This document shows positions 47,722-56,806 of a DNA stretch of 64,000 nt, piece by piece. Below the pieces are notes generated by a model. That model saw only the letters and a program-made list of their open reading frames with translations. It did no database searches and had not been told where the DNA came from. The stretch comes from Candidatus Latescibacterota bacterium (GTDB lineage Bacteria > Latescibacterota > UBA2968 > GCA-2709665): the NCBI GenBank assembly GCA_965203805.1, contig OZ241917.1:1408001-1472000 (forward strand), in the 5' to 3' direction. Within the stretch, counting starts at the first letter, position 1; each line of letters opens with the position of its first letter. A program made the translations under genes and the position numbers.

Positions 47722-48027
47722 TTATCCACCGGGAATGCGCGGACGCACCTCCCGGTCCAACCTGTCCGAGAGCTCGTCCTCGGCGACCTCGAGTTCATAG
47801 TTGGTCTGAATGCTCATCCAGTATCTGGGGGAGGTGTAGAAATATCGTGCGAGCCTCAACGCCGTATCCGCGGTGATGCCGCGTTTGCCCAGGACAATCT
47901 CATTGATGCGGCGCGGGGGCACCCCGATGGAAAGCGCCAGCTGGTTCTGGCTGAGATCCATCGGCTTGAGAAACTGTTCCAGCAATACGATCCCGGGGTG
48001 AACGGGAGCCGTTTCCCCAGTGGGCAT
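47722..48027 (-). CDS. higA: HigA-family addiction module antitoxin (no adjacent toxin)
   Basis: PVHPG, RINEIVLGKRGITADTALRL, YW..Q.NY. Confidence 0.9.
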   Translation of the reverse strand: MPTGETAPVHPGIVLLEQFLKPMDLSQNQLALSIGVPPRRINEIVLGKRGITADTALRLARYFYTSPRYWMSIQTNYELEVAEDELSDRLDREVRPRIPGG

Positions 48028-48102
48028 AGATTCTTCTCCAGGGGCGATCGTCTACGAACACCACGTCACGGGTGGCGCCGGCGGGACGGACGCCAACATG
48101 AT

Positions 48103-48131
48103 ATTATATAACGATTTCCGTTAAATGACAA
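48103..48131 (-). promoter_or_regulatory. sigma70 promoter of higA
   Basis: TTGTCA-17 bp-TATAAT; spacer contains perfect TAACG-N5-CGTTA. Confidence 0.75.
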
Positions 48132-48248
48132 GTGTTAAATGCGTTTCGTTTAATATACAGTATTAAATAGTAGACGTTAAACAGTTTTCATTAAACGGTA
48201 TTTGTTCAACGGTATTCGTTTAATGTATTTCGTTAAACGTATACCGTT
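48110..48248. repeat. Array of ten AAYR-N5-YRTT palindromes at exact 14-bp period
   Basis: Units start at 48110, 48124, 48138, 48152, 48166, 48180, 48194, 48208, 48222, 48236. Confidence 0.9.
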
Positions 48249-48408
48249 ATGCATGACAAAGACACGATTCGCCGCCAGCCAAATCCGGCGGAGTCGTACA
48301 CGGGGACAATCTGCGGCAATGCGGAAGGGCATTCGCAGGCAGGACGGGCGGGTGAGACGGGAGAGGGGGAGAAAACCAGAGAAACAGCCCGTGCGCCTGG
48401 CGGAGCGG

Positions 48409-49098
48409 TCAGCGTTGCGCCAGCCGCAGCATGTTCGAGTCGCCGCGGCGGAACTCGAAGGGCACAGGAACGCATTCGACGCGCGCCGTCCGTCGGAGCG
48501 TCTGCATGGCGGCGTTCAGATGCCTCGACGGTTTACCAGCGAGGTCGAACAACGGAAATACCCGGACCTCTCTCCCCACTCGAAGCAGTTCCCGGAGGAA
48601 TGAAAGGTGCGTTTCAAGGTTGAATTCCGCGGAGAACAGAAACAACATGTGGGAACAGAGGACAAGGTCGAAGGATCCGGCCTCGAAGGGTAATCCGGGG
48701 AGACTCGCGGAGACGTACCGGCCACGCCGGTCTTCCGACCTGAAGTCGCGGAGGAACGTCCTGAGGACGTCACGTCGCAACTGGATAACCGCTTCGGGGC
48801 TACCGTAGTGGTCCCACAGAAACCGTTCACGCGCCCTTCGCGTTCCCGCAAGCATGCGCGTGCCAGTGCGTTCGAAATCGGTTTCCAGGTTCCGGCCTGA
48901 GAACCTGTACACTGGATCGACGGCGACGACGAATCGCCCGGTCCCGCCCCATTCGGCGGCGAATGACGACGTTCCGCCTCCGCAGTCCAGTATCCGCGCG
49001 GATGACGAGACATCGGACAACGCAAAGAACGCCTCGTATTCGGCCGCGCAGCGGCCCCACGCGGGAACGGACCCGCCGAAATCGAATTCTCTGGACAT
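48409..49098 (-). CDS. SAM-dependent methyltransferase-like protein
   Basis: ILDCGGGTSSF, LPFEAGSFDLVLCSH, EVRVFPL. Confidence 0.8.
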   Translation of the reverse strand: MSREFDFGGSVPAWGRCAAEYEAFFALSDVSSSARILDCGGGTSSFAAEWGGTGRFVVAVDPVYRFSGRNLETDFERTGTRMLAGTRRARERFLWDHYGSPEAVIQLRRDVLRTFLRDFRSEDRRGRYVSASLPGLPFEAGSFDLVLCSHMLFLFSAEFNLETHLSFLRELLRVGREVRVFPLFDLAGKPSRHLNAAMQTLRRTARVECVPVPFEFRRGDSNMLRLAQR

Positions 49099-49111
49099 GT
49101 GACGGAGAGCC

Positions 49112-50092
49112 CTAGCGCAACCACGTCCACCCGGCCCGGGTTGCCGGATGGACGACTTCCTCTCTCAAATGCAGGTTTTTCACATCGGGATCGACAACAC
49201 GCCGTCGAACGGCCAGCGCAATTCGATACAATCGGTTGTCCGGGTAAGGCGTTCGATGGCTATCAGTCCGGGCGGCGGGTGAAAAGCCAAGTTTCTCAAG
49301 TTCATCCGTGTAGACCGCCTCCACGCGTTCCACCAGTTCCCTCCTGCCACGCACCCTTGCGTAACCCTCCCGGAGCAAGCTGCAAACCTCCACCGGGGCG
49401 CCTTCAAGCTTCTCGAACTCTTTCCACAACCACTTGTGATACGGCGCATACCGCCTGTTGATCAGAAAGCCGACCTTTGTCGCGTATTCGGCGAATTTCG
49501 TCCAGTAGTTGAACGCTGTTACGTGGTCTCCCCGAGCTTCTGCCCTGAAGAGATGTTTCCGCCCCCATTCCCAGCACCAGGAAAGACATGCCGCCAATCG
49601 ATGCCTCCATACATCCTCCGGATACCTGGAAAACGCTCTAAATCGGGCACTCACAATGCCCAGTTCGTCATGATAAAGCCTGTTCGGAGTGAGTTCGAAC
49701 AGGTACGGTTCCGGGATACGCAGCCAATCTCTGAGTGACGGCGGCGGCTCAGGGAATCCTACTGTATTCTCCGCATAGCTGCCGACTTCCCAGACGCTGC
49801 AGGTCCTTTCAGGCGGATTCTCCCAGTGGAATCCATCATACTCCGCAAGCAGCGTATCGAGAATCTCCTGCAAACGGGAGCCGTATTTCTGGTAATCCCC
49901 TTGCGCCAACCACACGGAGAATTCCGGACCCCAGCCATGATCGCGAGAGATATCGTCGTCGTTCTTGTGTGCCTGCGAACCCGCCGATCCGACGCCGGCG
50001 GCCAGGCTCCGCACACACTGTGGCAATCGCCGCTCAATCTCGGGGAGTCCGACCCCGCGAAAGAACCTCTCAGACAGTTCGAATCCTCTCAC
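49112..50092 (-). CDS. DUF4037 domain protein (nucleotidyltransferase-like)
   Basis: DDISRDHGWGP, YPEDVW, YAPYHKW. Confidence 0.75.
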   Translation of the reverse strand: MRGFELSERFFRGVGLPEIERRLPQCVRSLAAGVGSAGSQAHKNDDDISRDHGWGPEFSVWLAQGDYQKYGSRLQEILDTLLAEYDGFHWENPPERTCSVWEVGSYAENTVGFPEPPPSLRDWLRIPEPYLFELTPNRLYHDELGIVSARFRAFSRYPEDVWRHRLAACLSWCWEWGRKHLFRAEARGDHVTAFNYWTKFAEYATKVGFLINRRYAPYHKWLWKEFEKLEGAPVEVCSLLREGYARVRGRRELVERVEAVYTDELEKLGFSPAARTDSHRTPYPDNRLYRIALAVRRRVVDPDVKNLHLREEVVHPATRAGWTWLR

Positions 50093-50110
50093 AAATCCTC
50101 CTCGTGGAAG

Positions 50111-50387
50111 CCTCTCCCCCCGGCCCCTCCCCCCACGGGTACGACGTTAGACGCAAGACGGGAGATACTGTGAGTGCCTGAAAAGCGGGGAGACGCAAGA
50201 CGTGAGATTATATGATTGCCTGTTCGGTTTCATCTCTTGCCGGAGGCATTGAGCAGGAGCAAATTGGGCAAGGACGTCATCTACCGTCTTGCGTCTCACG
50301 TCTCACCGCCTTCATCTACCGTCTACCGTGCTTTCAGGTTTTCACTCTTCACTCTTCACTCTTCATTCTTGCCTTTCTCGTCTCACC
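50111..50387. repeat. Intergenic patch of inverted heptamer repeats
   Basis: GACGTTA-GACGCAA-GACGGGA and GAGACGCAAGACGTGAGA on the left; TCTACCG-TCTTGCG-TCTCACG-TCTCACC and (TTCACTC)3 on the right. Confidence 0.75.
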
Positions 50388-51357
50388 GCCCTTCACGACC
50401 GTTCCGGACGACAGCTTCGATAAACTCGCCCTTGCCGGTCTGGTAGGACTGCCTGTCCTTTGGAAACCGACGAGCCAGGTCCTGCTTCAATCTCATGTAG
50501 TTGTCCGCAAGGCTGCGGTCCGATCTCAGGCGGTCCCGGAACAGGACAATCTCTTTCCAATCCGCGCTTGTCTCTTCGAACACGTGGATGTGATGGGAGC
50601 GAGGTGCGCCTTTCCGGAAGAAGTGCCTTCGAGGGATGCCGTTTTCTCCCCTGTATTCGTACCCGATCCCGCCGAGGGGCTGTATGCATACCCTGGCGCG
50701 TTCAAAATCCCTGACGGCGACCGCGATGTCCAGCACCGGCTTGGCGGCCATCCCCTGTATGGACGTGCTGCCCACGTGCTGGATATCCTCCACGAAATCG
50801 CCGATCGTTTCTTCGATATTCTCTCTTTCCAACTCGAACAGGACGCTCCATTCTTCCCGATACGGGGACACCGACACCTCTCCGCGATTCAAACCGAGCA
50901 AAGGTCCCCTGCTGAACAGTTCCGGCAGGCGGTCCGGCGTCAGGAAGGTCGCCAGTTCAGGATCCACCGTCGAGATGGATTCGTGAGAAATCCAGGAAAA
51001 TGCGAAGACAACGCCGGATTCCGGACCCACCGTTCCGACGTGTTCCCAACTGTCCGGTAGATGAGGATCCGCTTTGAAAAGAAAGTCCGTCCGTTCCACG
51101 TCCGATTGGATATATGGTTTGAAGTAGCCTGTCTTCCCGATCCTGCGGATGAACTGCAGGTCCTCGATTCCCGATTCCTCGCGGGTTTCTCGATGGGCGG
51201 CCTGAAGCGGCGTTTCACCGGCCTCGACGTTTCCTCCCGGCAGGCGATAGTATTCGTAGCCGATGGATTTGAGTTCGAGGACGAGCAATTCGCATGTCCC
51301 ATCCGCGTCGTGCCTGATAATCAGCGCGAACGCCTTATGGACGAGCGGGTTCTTCAT
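50383..51357 (-). CDS. NUDIX hydrolase-GrpB (UPF0157) fusion
   Basis: Nudix box GGNVEAGETPLQAAHRETREESG; GrpB HVGSTS..AKPVLDI, FRDRL, Y..LK, Y..GK. Confidence 0.85.
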   Translation of the reverse strand: MKNPLVHKAFALIIRHDADGTCELLVLELKSIGYEYYRLPGGNVEAGETPLQAAHRETREESGIEDLQFIRRIGKTGYFKPYIQSDVERTDFLFKADPHLPDSWEHVGTVGPESGVVFAFSWISHESISTVDPELATFLTPDRLPELFSRGPLLGLNRGEVSVSPYREEWSVLFELERENIEETIGDFVEDIQHVGSTSIQGMAAKPVLDIAVAVRDFERARVCIQPLGGIGYEYRGENGIPRRHFFRKGAPRSHHIHVFEETSADWKEIVLFRDRLRSDRSLADNYMRLKQDLARRFPKDRQSYQTGKGEFIEAVVRNGREGR

Positions 51358-51421
51358 TGTACCGGAACAGGCGCCGTGGGAAATGTGGGAGCGTATCTCA
51401 TTGATTCCATGACCGTTACGA

Positions 51422-51901
51422 CTATATCCCCATTCGTTTAAGGATGACCGTCAGTGTCTCCTCGGGCGTCTGGCTTCCGTTGTCGATCACGGTTCCGATT
51501 CCCGGTTCGATATGCGAAGACCGATATTGTTCGCGTATGCGGTTTCGTTCCCGCTGAGACAGTTGCCGGCCGCGGTTGGAAATGGCCACCTGGAGGGGCG
51601 GACGGAGCGTAAACGCGTGTATGGAAACGCGGGCGTCTTGCGCTTCACGTTCGAAGGCCGCGTAGTCACGATGTGAAATCGGCCACGTCACCACAACGTT
51701 GAAACCGCGCGAGAGCCAGTTTCGCGTCAGCATAGCCGTGTCGACGACACAGTATGGACACACTTCCGCCAGACTCAGACAGTCGGCGAAGTGACGCAGT
51801 TCGTCCACCTCGATGTGGACGGTCCCGGGCAGGTTCTCCGCAAGCAGACGACCGACGGTCGACTTGCCGGAATTGATCGAACCGTTGATATAAATCAGCA
51901 T
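51422..51901 (-). CDS. Small P-loop kinase (AAA_33-like)
   Basis: NGSINSGKST, EVDELR. Confidence 0.75.
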   Translation of the reverse strand: MLIYINGSINSGKSTVGRLLAENLPGTVHIEVDELRHFADCLSLAEVCPYCVVDTAMLTRNWLSRGFNVVVTWPISHRDYAAFEREAQDARVSIHAFTLRPPLQVAISNRGRQLSQRERNRIREQYRSSHIEPGIGTVIDNGSQTPEETLTVILKRMGI

Positions 51902-51913
51902 GGGGCGTGACCG

Positions 51914-52681
51914 TCAGTCGATGAGGCCCCAGAGACGCTGCCGGTCCGCCGACCAGCCCGCCCAATCGGGGTGCACGTGTTTGATCGCCTCCAGGTCGCG
52001 CTTGCGTCCGCCCGCCGGGAAATAATTCCACCCCATCGCACGCCTGGGTCCCGCGGCGGTCTTCAACCCTGTCGCGTGCCAGCAGGAGGGCGTCCACACC
52101 AGGGTCCACCGGGGGTCGAGGATGACCTCCACTTCGTGCGGGTGGCGGGCGTACAGTTGCCCGGGCAAATCGTCGTGCGTTCCGGTAGCCAGTTCGAGTT
52201 GCATCAGTTCGGCCTTCACCTCCTCCGGTGGGCGGTGCTGGCTGCCGGGCAGCACCCGGAGCGGCCCGTTGCTGGCGTCGTGTCGGTCCAGGGCGGTACG
52301 GAAGGAGACCTGGCGGACTTCAGGGCTGCCGTCCGCGTGCCAGGGGACCTGGCGCTGGCCCGTCCTCTCCGCCTTCGAGGCGTCGCCGATACCGCAGGCG
52401 CCCACGTGCACCGATTCCACGCCCAGAATCCGCCGCGCCGCTTCCACGATCTCCGGCCGCTCCACCATCTGCAGCACCGGTTCACCGATCATCAGAAACA
52501 GGCAGGCCAGGCGGTTGCATCCCGCGGGGAACTCACTGCGTTCCCACTCCGGCTCCACTTCCTGCTGCCGGTTGTCAACAAGGCGGACGCCTTGCTCCCC
52601 CAGGGGATTCGGGATGAAGAAGAACCCGTTGCGTTCGAAGTGCGCCAACTGATCGTCGCTGATCTTCAGTTGATTCTCCAT
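51914..52681 (-). CDS. PhyH family dioxygenase
   Basis: PWHAD, NGPLRVLPGSQ, CWHAT. Confidence 0.85.
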   Translation of the reverse strand: MENQLKISDDQLAHFERNGFFFIPNPLGEQGVRLVDNRQQEVEPEWERSEFPAGCNRLACLFLMIGEPVLQMVERPEIVEAARRILGVESVHVGACGIGDASKAERTGQRQVPWHADGSPEVRQVSFRTALDRHDASNGPLRVLPGSQHRPPEEVKAELMQLELATGTHDDLPGQLYARHPHEVEVILDPRWTLVWTPSCWHATGLKTAAGPRRAMGWNYFPAGGRKRDLEAIKHVHPDWAGWSADRQRLWGLID

Positions 52682-52684
52682 ATT

Positions 52685-53761
52685 TCAAGCCCTCTCCACG
52701 GTTAACTTTGCGAGATTGTCTTCATCCAGTTCAACGCCCAGGCCGGGGCCCTCGAACGGCGTCAGATAGCTGCCCTCGGCCCTCACCCGCTCCCCGGCCG
52801 GCGAAGCGGTGTAGAGCACGGGTCCCATCGGATCGCACGGTAACCGGACCTGGGGCGAGGTGATGCCCACCGCCACCTGCGCGCTGACGCCCAGCGTGGA
52901 CTCCTGGTCGGTTCCGATCAGACAGGGCAGTCCCGCCGCCTCCGCCACGGCCAGGATGCGCTTGACGTGGGTGGGCCCGCCGGAAACGCATGCCACGTTG
53001 AAGGCCGTGCAGGCGCCGCGTTCGGCCGCCTCCCAGGCCTGCTGAAGGGAACCGATATGCCAGGTGACCGGCAGGTCGACGCGCCGGGTGAACTCGGCGC
53101 TGGAGCGCATGTCATACGTTGGCTGCTCGAAGTGGAACGGGTCATGGCGCCGCAGCCTCTCGCCGTAGCGCAGCGCCTCCAGCCAGTCGTGGAAGCGACC
53201 CGAGAAATCGATGGACTTCAGCCGGATCCGGTCGCCGTGCCTGGCCTTCATTTCGGTGAGGAAGCGGTCGTCCAGATCCACGTCGCCGGAGACGTAGTAG
53301 CGGAACAGGTGGTGGCCCAAATCGACCAGGCGCTGCAGGTACGTGCCTGTGCGCTCGAAGTCCGCCATCACCTGCCAGCCGAAGATCGGATAGCAGCAGT
53401 AGAGCGAGTCGCGCACCTTGCCTCCGAGCATCTGGTAGACAGGAACGCCGTGAACCTTGCCGTTGAGGTCGTACAGCGCCAGGTCCACGGCACTGGCTAC
53501 GTGCGGATTGGTGACTGTACTGTTCCAGTTCCGGGCGCGAGCGAAGTCGTTGATTTCGTTGATTCGGCGGGCGTCACGTCCCTTCAACTGCTCGTTCAGT
53601 TGCCGTGCAAGAGCAGGCACATCGGCGCACCGGCTGTCCGACGCCTCGCCGAGGCCCACGGGACCATCGTCCACGTGCACGGCGATCAGCACGTGACCGG
53701 AGACTAGCCCGTAATAACGCGGCGTCTCGATCTGAATGACCTCGATCCTCTCGATAATCAC
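52685..53761 (-). CDS. Mandelate racemase/muconate lactonizing enzyme family protein
   Basis: GLGE, SAVDLALYDL.GK..GVPVYQMLGG, FEQP, GPGLGVELD; GTG 53761 with AGGAG RBS. Confidence 0.85.
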   Translation of the reverse strand: MIIERIEVIQIETPRYYGLVSGHVLIAVHVDDGPVGLGEASDSRCADVPALARQLNEQLKGRDARRINEINDFARARNWNSTVTNPHVASAVDLALYDLNGKVHGVPVYQMLGGKVRDSLYCCYPIFGWQVMADFERTGTYLQRLVDLGHHLFRYYVSGDVDLDDRFLTEMKARHGDRIRLKSIDFSGRFHDWLEALRYGERLRRHDPFHFEQPTYDMRSSAEFTRRVDLPVTWHIGSLQQAWEAAERGACTAFNVACVSGGPTHVKRILAVAEAAGLPCLIGTDQESTLGVSAQVAVGITSPQVRLPCDPMGPVLYTASPAGERVRAEGSYLTPFEGPGLGVELDEDNLAKLTVERA

Positions 53762-53810
53762 GATTCTCTCCTGATTCCGTGGATGACACCCTGATTCGAG
53801 TAACGACAGT

Positions 53811-53842
53811 TCACATTGATGAACAAGATGAACAGGATAAAA
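53811..53842 (+). repeat. Dispersed copy of the GGATGAACAGGAT nonamer element
   Basis: TCACATTGATGAACAAGATGAACAGGATAAAA; weaker copy TGGATAGACAGGAC near 54045. Confidence 0.7.
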
Positions 53843-54158
53843 CCCACAGGCCGGGAAGTTCCCGGTTACGGGATCAAGCGATGAGTCCGGCCACTCCGGA
53901 CGCAACATCAACCAAAGAAGCGATCTGGCACGATCAAGATTGTCATCTATTTCTGCGCTAACATGATTGAAAAACAACCTATAGAACAAAAAACACTGCC
54001 TTGCGTGAATAACTCACCGTAAATCAAATAGCGGTCATTCACTTTGGATAGACAGGACAAAAAAAGCGGAAGCAGGAACCTGTCGACTCGGATACGAAGG
54101 GCTTCGCGACCCCCGAGGTGCCGTCAGCAACGGACCGCATCACGACAAGTTAGAATTC

Positions 54159-54731
54159 TTACGTCGAATCGCCAAGAGAGAAAGTCATCCGCCTTCTGAA
54201 CCGGAACGACTCATCGGGCACCAGATATTCCAACCGGTCGCACAGGAAGGTGCCCGAGGGCGCCGTATCCTGCAGGCGCTCGCAAAGCCGTAGACTCTCC
54301 TCGATGGAAATGAACTCGGCGATCGTCATGTGCGGAGCGATGTGACGTCTGCGATGGGCTTCGCCCGCAAATCCGGAGGTCTCGTGTAGGACGTCCTTCA
54401 GGCGCTCGATCGGCTCCTGTGGCGTGATGCAATATGCGACACCGGCATGCCTCGTCGAGGCGTACAGTTTGTCGTAGAAAAGCGTGAACGGACGGACGTC
54501 TGTAAGGACGCCGCGGATTTCGCCCGCGAGCGCTGGACACATTTCACGGTTCAGTGGATCGGACAGCGAAATGTGCGCGGGACAGATTGCGGCCGAGCGG
54601 GGATCGTATCTGGCGCGCAGGGGGTTGATTTCTTTCGACACTTCCGGCGGCGGCAGAATAAGGATGATGCCCCACCGGTAGTCACGTCGCCAGTCTTCCC
54701 ACGTCGACGTGTCGTTTACGTAGGTAATCAC
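54159..54731 (-). CDS. 2H phosphoesterase (2'-5' RNA ligase family)
   Basis: Two HxS/T motifs: AHISL and PHMTI. Confidence 0.85.
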   Translation of the reverse strand: MITYVNDTSTWEDWRRDYRWGIILILPPPEVSKEINPLRARYDPRSAAICPAHISLSDPLNREMCPALAGEIRGVLTDVRPFTLFYDKLYASTRHAGVAYCITPQEPIERLKDVLHETSGFAGEAHRRRHIAPHMTIAEFISIEESLRLCERLQDTAPSGTFLCDRLEYLVPDESFRFRRRMTFSLGDST

Positions 54732-54784
54732 TGCGATGCCCTCGTACAGCAACAATGGTGGCCGGTGTCAATATACTGCGGCTA

Positions 54785-54875
54785 AACGGGAGAGCGTAGA
54801 TGTAAGAGGGTAGACGGGAGATAAAGAATAGCAAGAACGGGAATCATCTCACACAAAGACACAAGGACACAAAGG
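54785..54875 (+). repeat. Heptamer (GAnnnnA) run followed by CACAAAGA-type octamers
   Basis: GAGCGTA-GATGTAA-GAGGGTA-GACGGGA then CACAAAGACACAAGGACACAAAG. Confidence 0.6.
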
Positions 54876-55043
54876 GAAACCGGAAACGACCGAAAAGACG
54901 ATCTAATTCCAGTTCTCCCTTAAAGGCTCGGGCGCCGAGTGCAATTGACCGGACGTTTATCTCAACACCTGTTCCGATGCAGTTCAACTTAGTGGACATT
55001 GACAATATAAGATTGAAAATTAACATCTTACAACAATCATCAC

Positions 55044-55072
55044 TTGATTTCGGGCGGAAATTCTGATATATT
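55044..55072 (+). promoter_or_regulatory. Putative sigma70 promoter of AF2212-like gene
   Basis: TTGATT-17 bp-TATATT. Confidence 0.5.
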
Positions 55073-55166
55073 GTCTTGCAAGGACGTGAGACATCATGTC
55101 GGCGTCTTATTTCACGATTGACACATCAGCTGCAAATGGTACTCAAAAAAGGGGGTGCAGGGTCCG

Positions 55167-55391
55167 ATGAAACACACCCTGGAGGCGGTATATGAGAATG
55201 GCGTCTTCAAGCCATTGAACACACCCAATCTGTCTGAGGGCCAATTCGTTCGTATTGAAGTCGAAATTCCCATCAAAGAAGGTTCCGATGACCTTCTTGA
55301 ATTGGCTTCAAAAGTGTATGAAGGCCTTTCCGATAACGAAATTGACGCCATTGAAAAGATAGCACGTGACCGTCATGGCTTTGTCGGATAA
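55167..55391 (+). CDS. AF2212/DUF104-family antitoxin (no adjacent toxin)
   Basis: EAVYENGVFKPL..LSEGQFVRI. Confidence 0.85.
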   Translation: MKHTLEAVYENGVFKPLNTPNLSEGQFVRIEVEIPIKEGSDDLLELASKVYEGLSDNEIDAIEKIARDRHGFVG

Positions 55392-55442
55392 TGGCTAAAG
55401 TAAAGGAGCAACGCTGCAAACAGAGAGGCATTGCAGGTTTTC

Positions 55443-55470
55443 GCGGCCGAGGAAAATGGCCGCTTTTTTT
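55443..55470 (+). terminator. Rho-independent terminator
   Basis: GCGGCC-9 nt loop-GGCCGC followed by T7. Confidence 0.7.
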
Positions 55471-55563
55471 GTGTATTGTTGCGAAATGATCGGATTTCCG
55501 AATCCATCAGTGCTGCTGGTATTGCACTTCTTGGTTGATTGCAGAAAAGGCTCCAATGTAGGC

Positions 55564-56725
55564 TAGTACTTACTTGACAAAAAAAGCGAAATAATATATC
55601 TTGTGCTCATAGGGAATCGATCTCAGTTCAACTGTGGAGAGGAGACCGCCTATGAGCCGCCCCGCCGTGTTGATCACGTTGCGTGACGAGGAAAAAGAGA
55701 CGCTGTTGAGTTGGACACGTTCAGGCAAGACGCAACACCGTTATGTGCTGCGCGCCCGGATTGTTCTTTCAGCGTCCCAGGGCGATGCGAACCGGGACAT
55801 CGCCAGGGATCTGGGAACGCGCGAGGCCACGGTGTGCAAGTGGCGCCGGCGCTTTCACGAGTCGGGTCTTTCCGGGTTGCAGGACAAGGCGAGATCGGGC
55901 AAGCCTGCCAAGTACGACCAGTCAAGCGAAAAGCGCATTTTGGAGGCCTTGGACGATGCCCCGCCCAAGGGCTATGGAAACTGGACCGGTCCGTTGTTGG
56001 CCGACAAGCTGGGAATTTCTGTCCACTATGTCTGGCAGGTCTTGCGCAACCACGGCATTTCGCTGGCCAGAAGGCGCAGCTGGTGTATCAGCACCGATCC
56101 GGAATTTGCCACCAAGGCCGCAGCCATCGTGGGGTTGTATCTGGAACCTCCCAAAAATGCGATTGTCTTGTGCGTCGATGAAAAGCCCGCGATCCAGGCG
56201 TTGGAAAGGGTACAGGGATGGCTCAAGCTGCCCAACGGCAAGGCCGTGACCGGCTTTAACCACGAATACAAGAGAAACGGCACCACCACCTTATTCGCTG
56301 CATTGAACGTCGCCACCGGCCTCGTCAAGGCCGGGCATTACAAAAGGCGCAAACGACGCCAGTTTCTGAGCTTTATGAACGAACTTGTCGCCGAATACCC
56401 CGATCAGGAACTCCACATCATCCTCGACAACCTGAACACCCACAAGCCCAAGAACGACCGCTGGCTGCCACGCCATCCCAATGTCCACTTCTACTACACC
56501 CCCACCCACGCATCCTGGCTCAACCAGATCGAAATCTGGTTCAGCATCCTGTGGAGAAGCGCGCTCAAAGGCGGCTCCTTCACCTCGATTCGAGACTTAC
56601 GCACCGCCATCAATCACTTCATTGACGCCTACAACGAGAACGCACATCCCTTCGAGTGGAAATCCACAAAAGTCCGACCCAAAGCCCTTGAAGAAAAATA
56701 CTCTAATTTAACCAATTAAGTACTA
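55564..56725 (+). mobile_element. IS630-family insertion sequence
   Basis: TA target duplication at 55564-65 and 56724-25; imperfect terminal inverted repeats GTACTTACTTG / CAATTAAGTAC. Confidence 0.92.
55652..56719 (+). CDS. IS630 DDE transposase (uninterrupted)
   Basis: N-terminal HTH; CVDEK, YKRNGT, LDNLNTH, SWLNQIEIWF. Confidence 0.95.
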   Translation: MSRPAVLITLRDEEKETLLSWTRSGKTQHRYVLRARIVLSASQGDANRDIARDLGTREATVCKWRRRFHESGLSGLQDKARSGKPAKYDQSSEKRILEALDDAPPKGYGNWTGPLLADKLGISVHYVWQVLRNHGISLARRRSWCISTDPEFATKAAAIVGLYLEPPKNAIVLCVDEKPAIQALERVQGWLKLPNGKAVTGFNHEYKRNGTTTLFAALNVATGLVKAGHYKRRKRRQFLSFMNELVAEYPDQELHIILDNLNTHKPKNDRWLPRHPNVHFYYTPTHASWLNQIEIWFSILWRSALKGGSFTSIRDLRTAINHFIDAYNENAHPFEWKSTKVRPKALEEKYSNLTN

Positions 56726-56806
56726 GTTACAGCGTACCTGGAAAGGAATCATCTATCCTCGGCCAATGGAGCCCGCAGTGGAAAAACGACCAGTGTACCC
56801 ACGCGA

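Noticed and set aside
48030-48085. HigB C-terminal remnant (GATRDVVFVDD) upstream of higA
   Set aside because: Resemblance too weak to call a pseudogene
48110-48248. CRISPR array, VNTR or plasmid iteron origin
   Set aside because: Period is only 14 bp with 5-bp variable cores; units are palindromic rather than identical; no rep gene nearby
48202-48623. ORFs 48202-48603 and 48249-48623 as partner genes of the palindrome array
   Set aside because: Both overlap the opposite-strand methyltransferase and lack an RBS or motifs
14267-54957. 14-bp direct repeat ATTGACCGGACGTT (14267 and 54944) as attL/attR
   Set aside because: Several 14-mer matches are expected by chance in 64 kb; no integrase or tRNA; the first copy is explained by a -35 box
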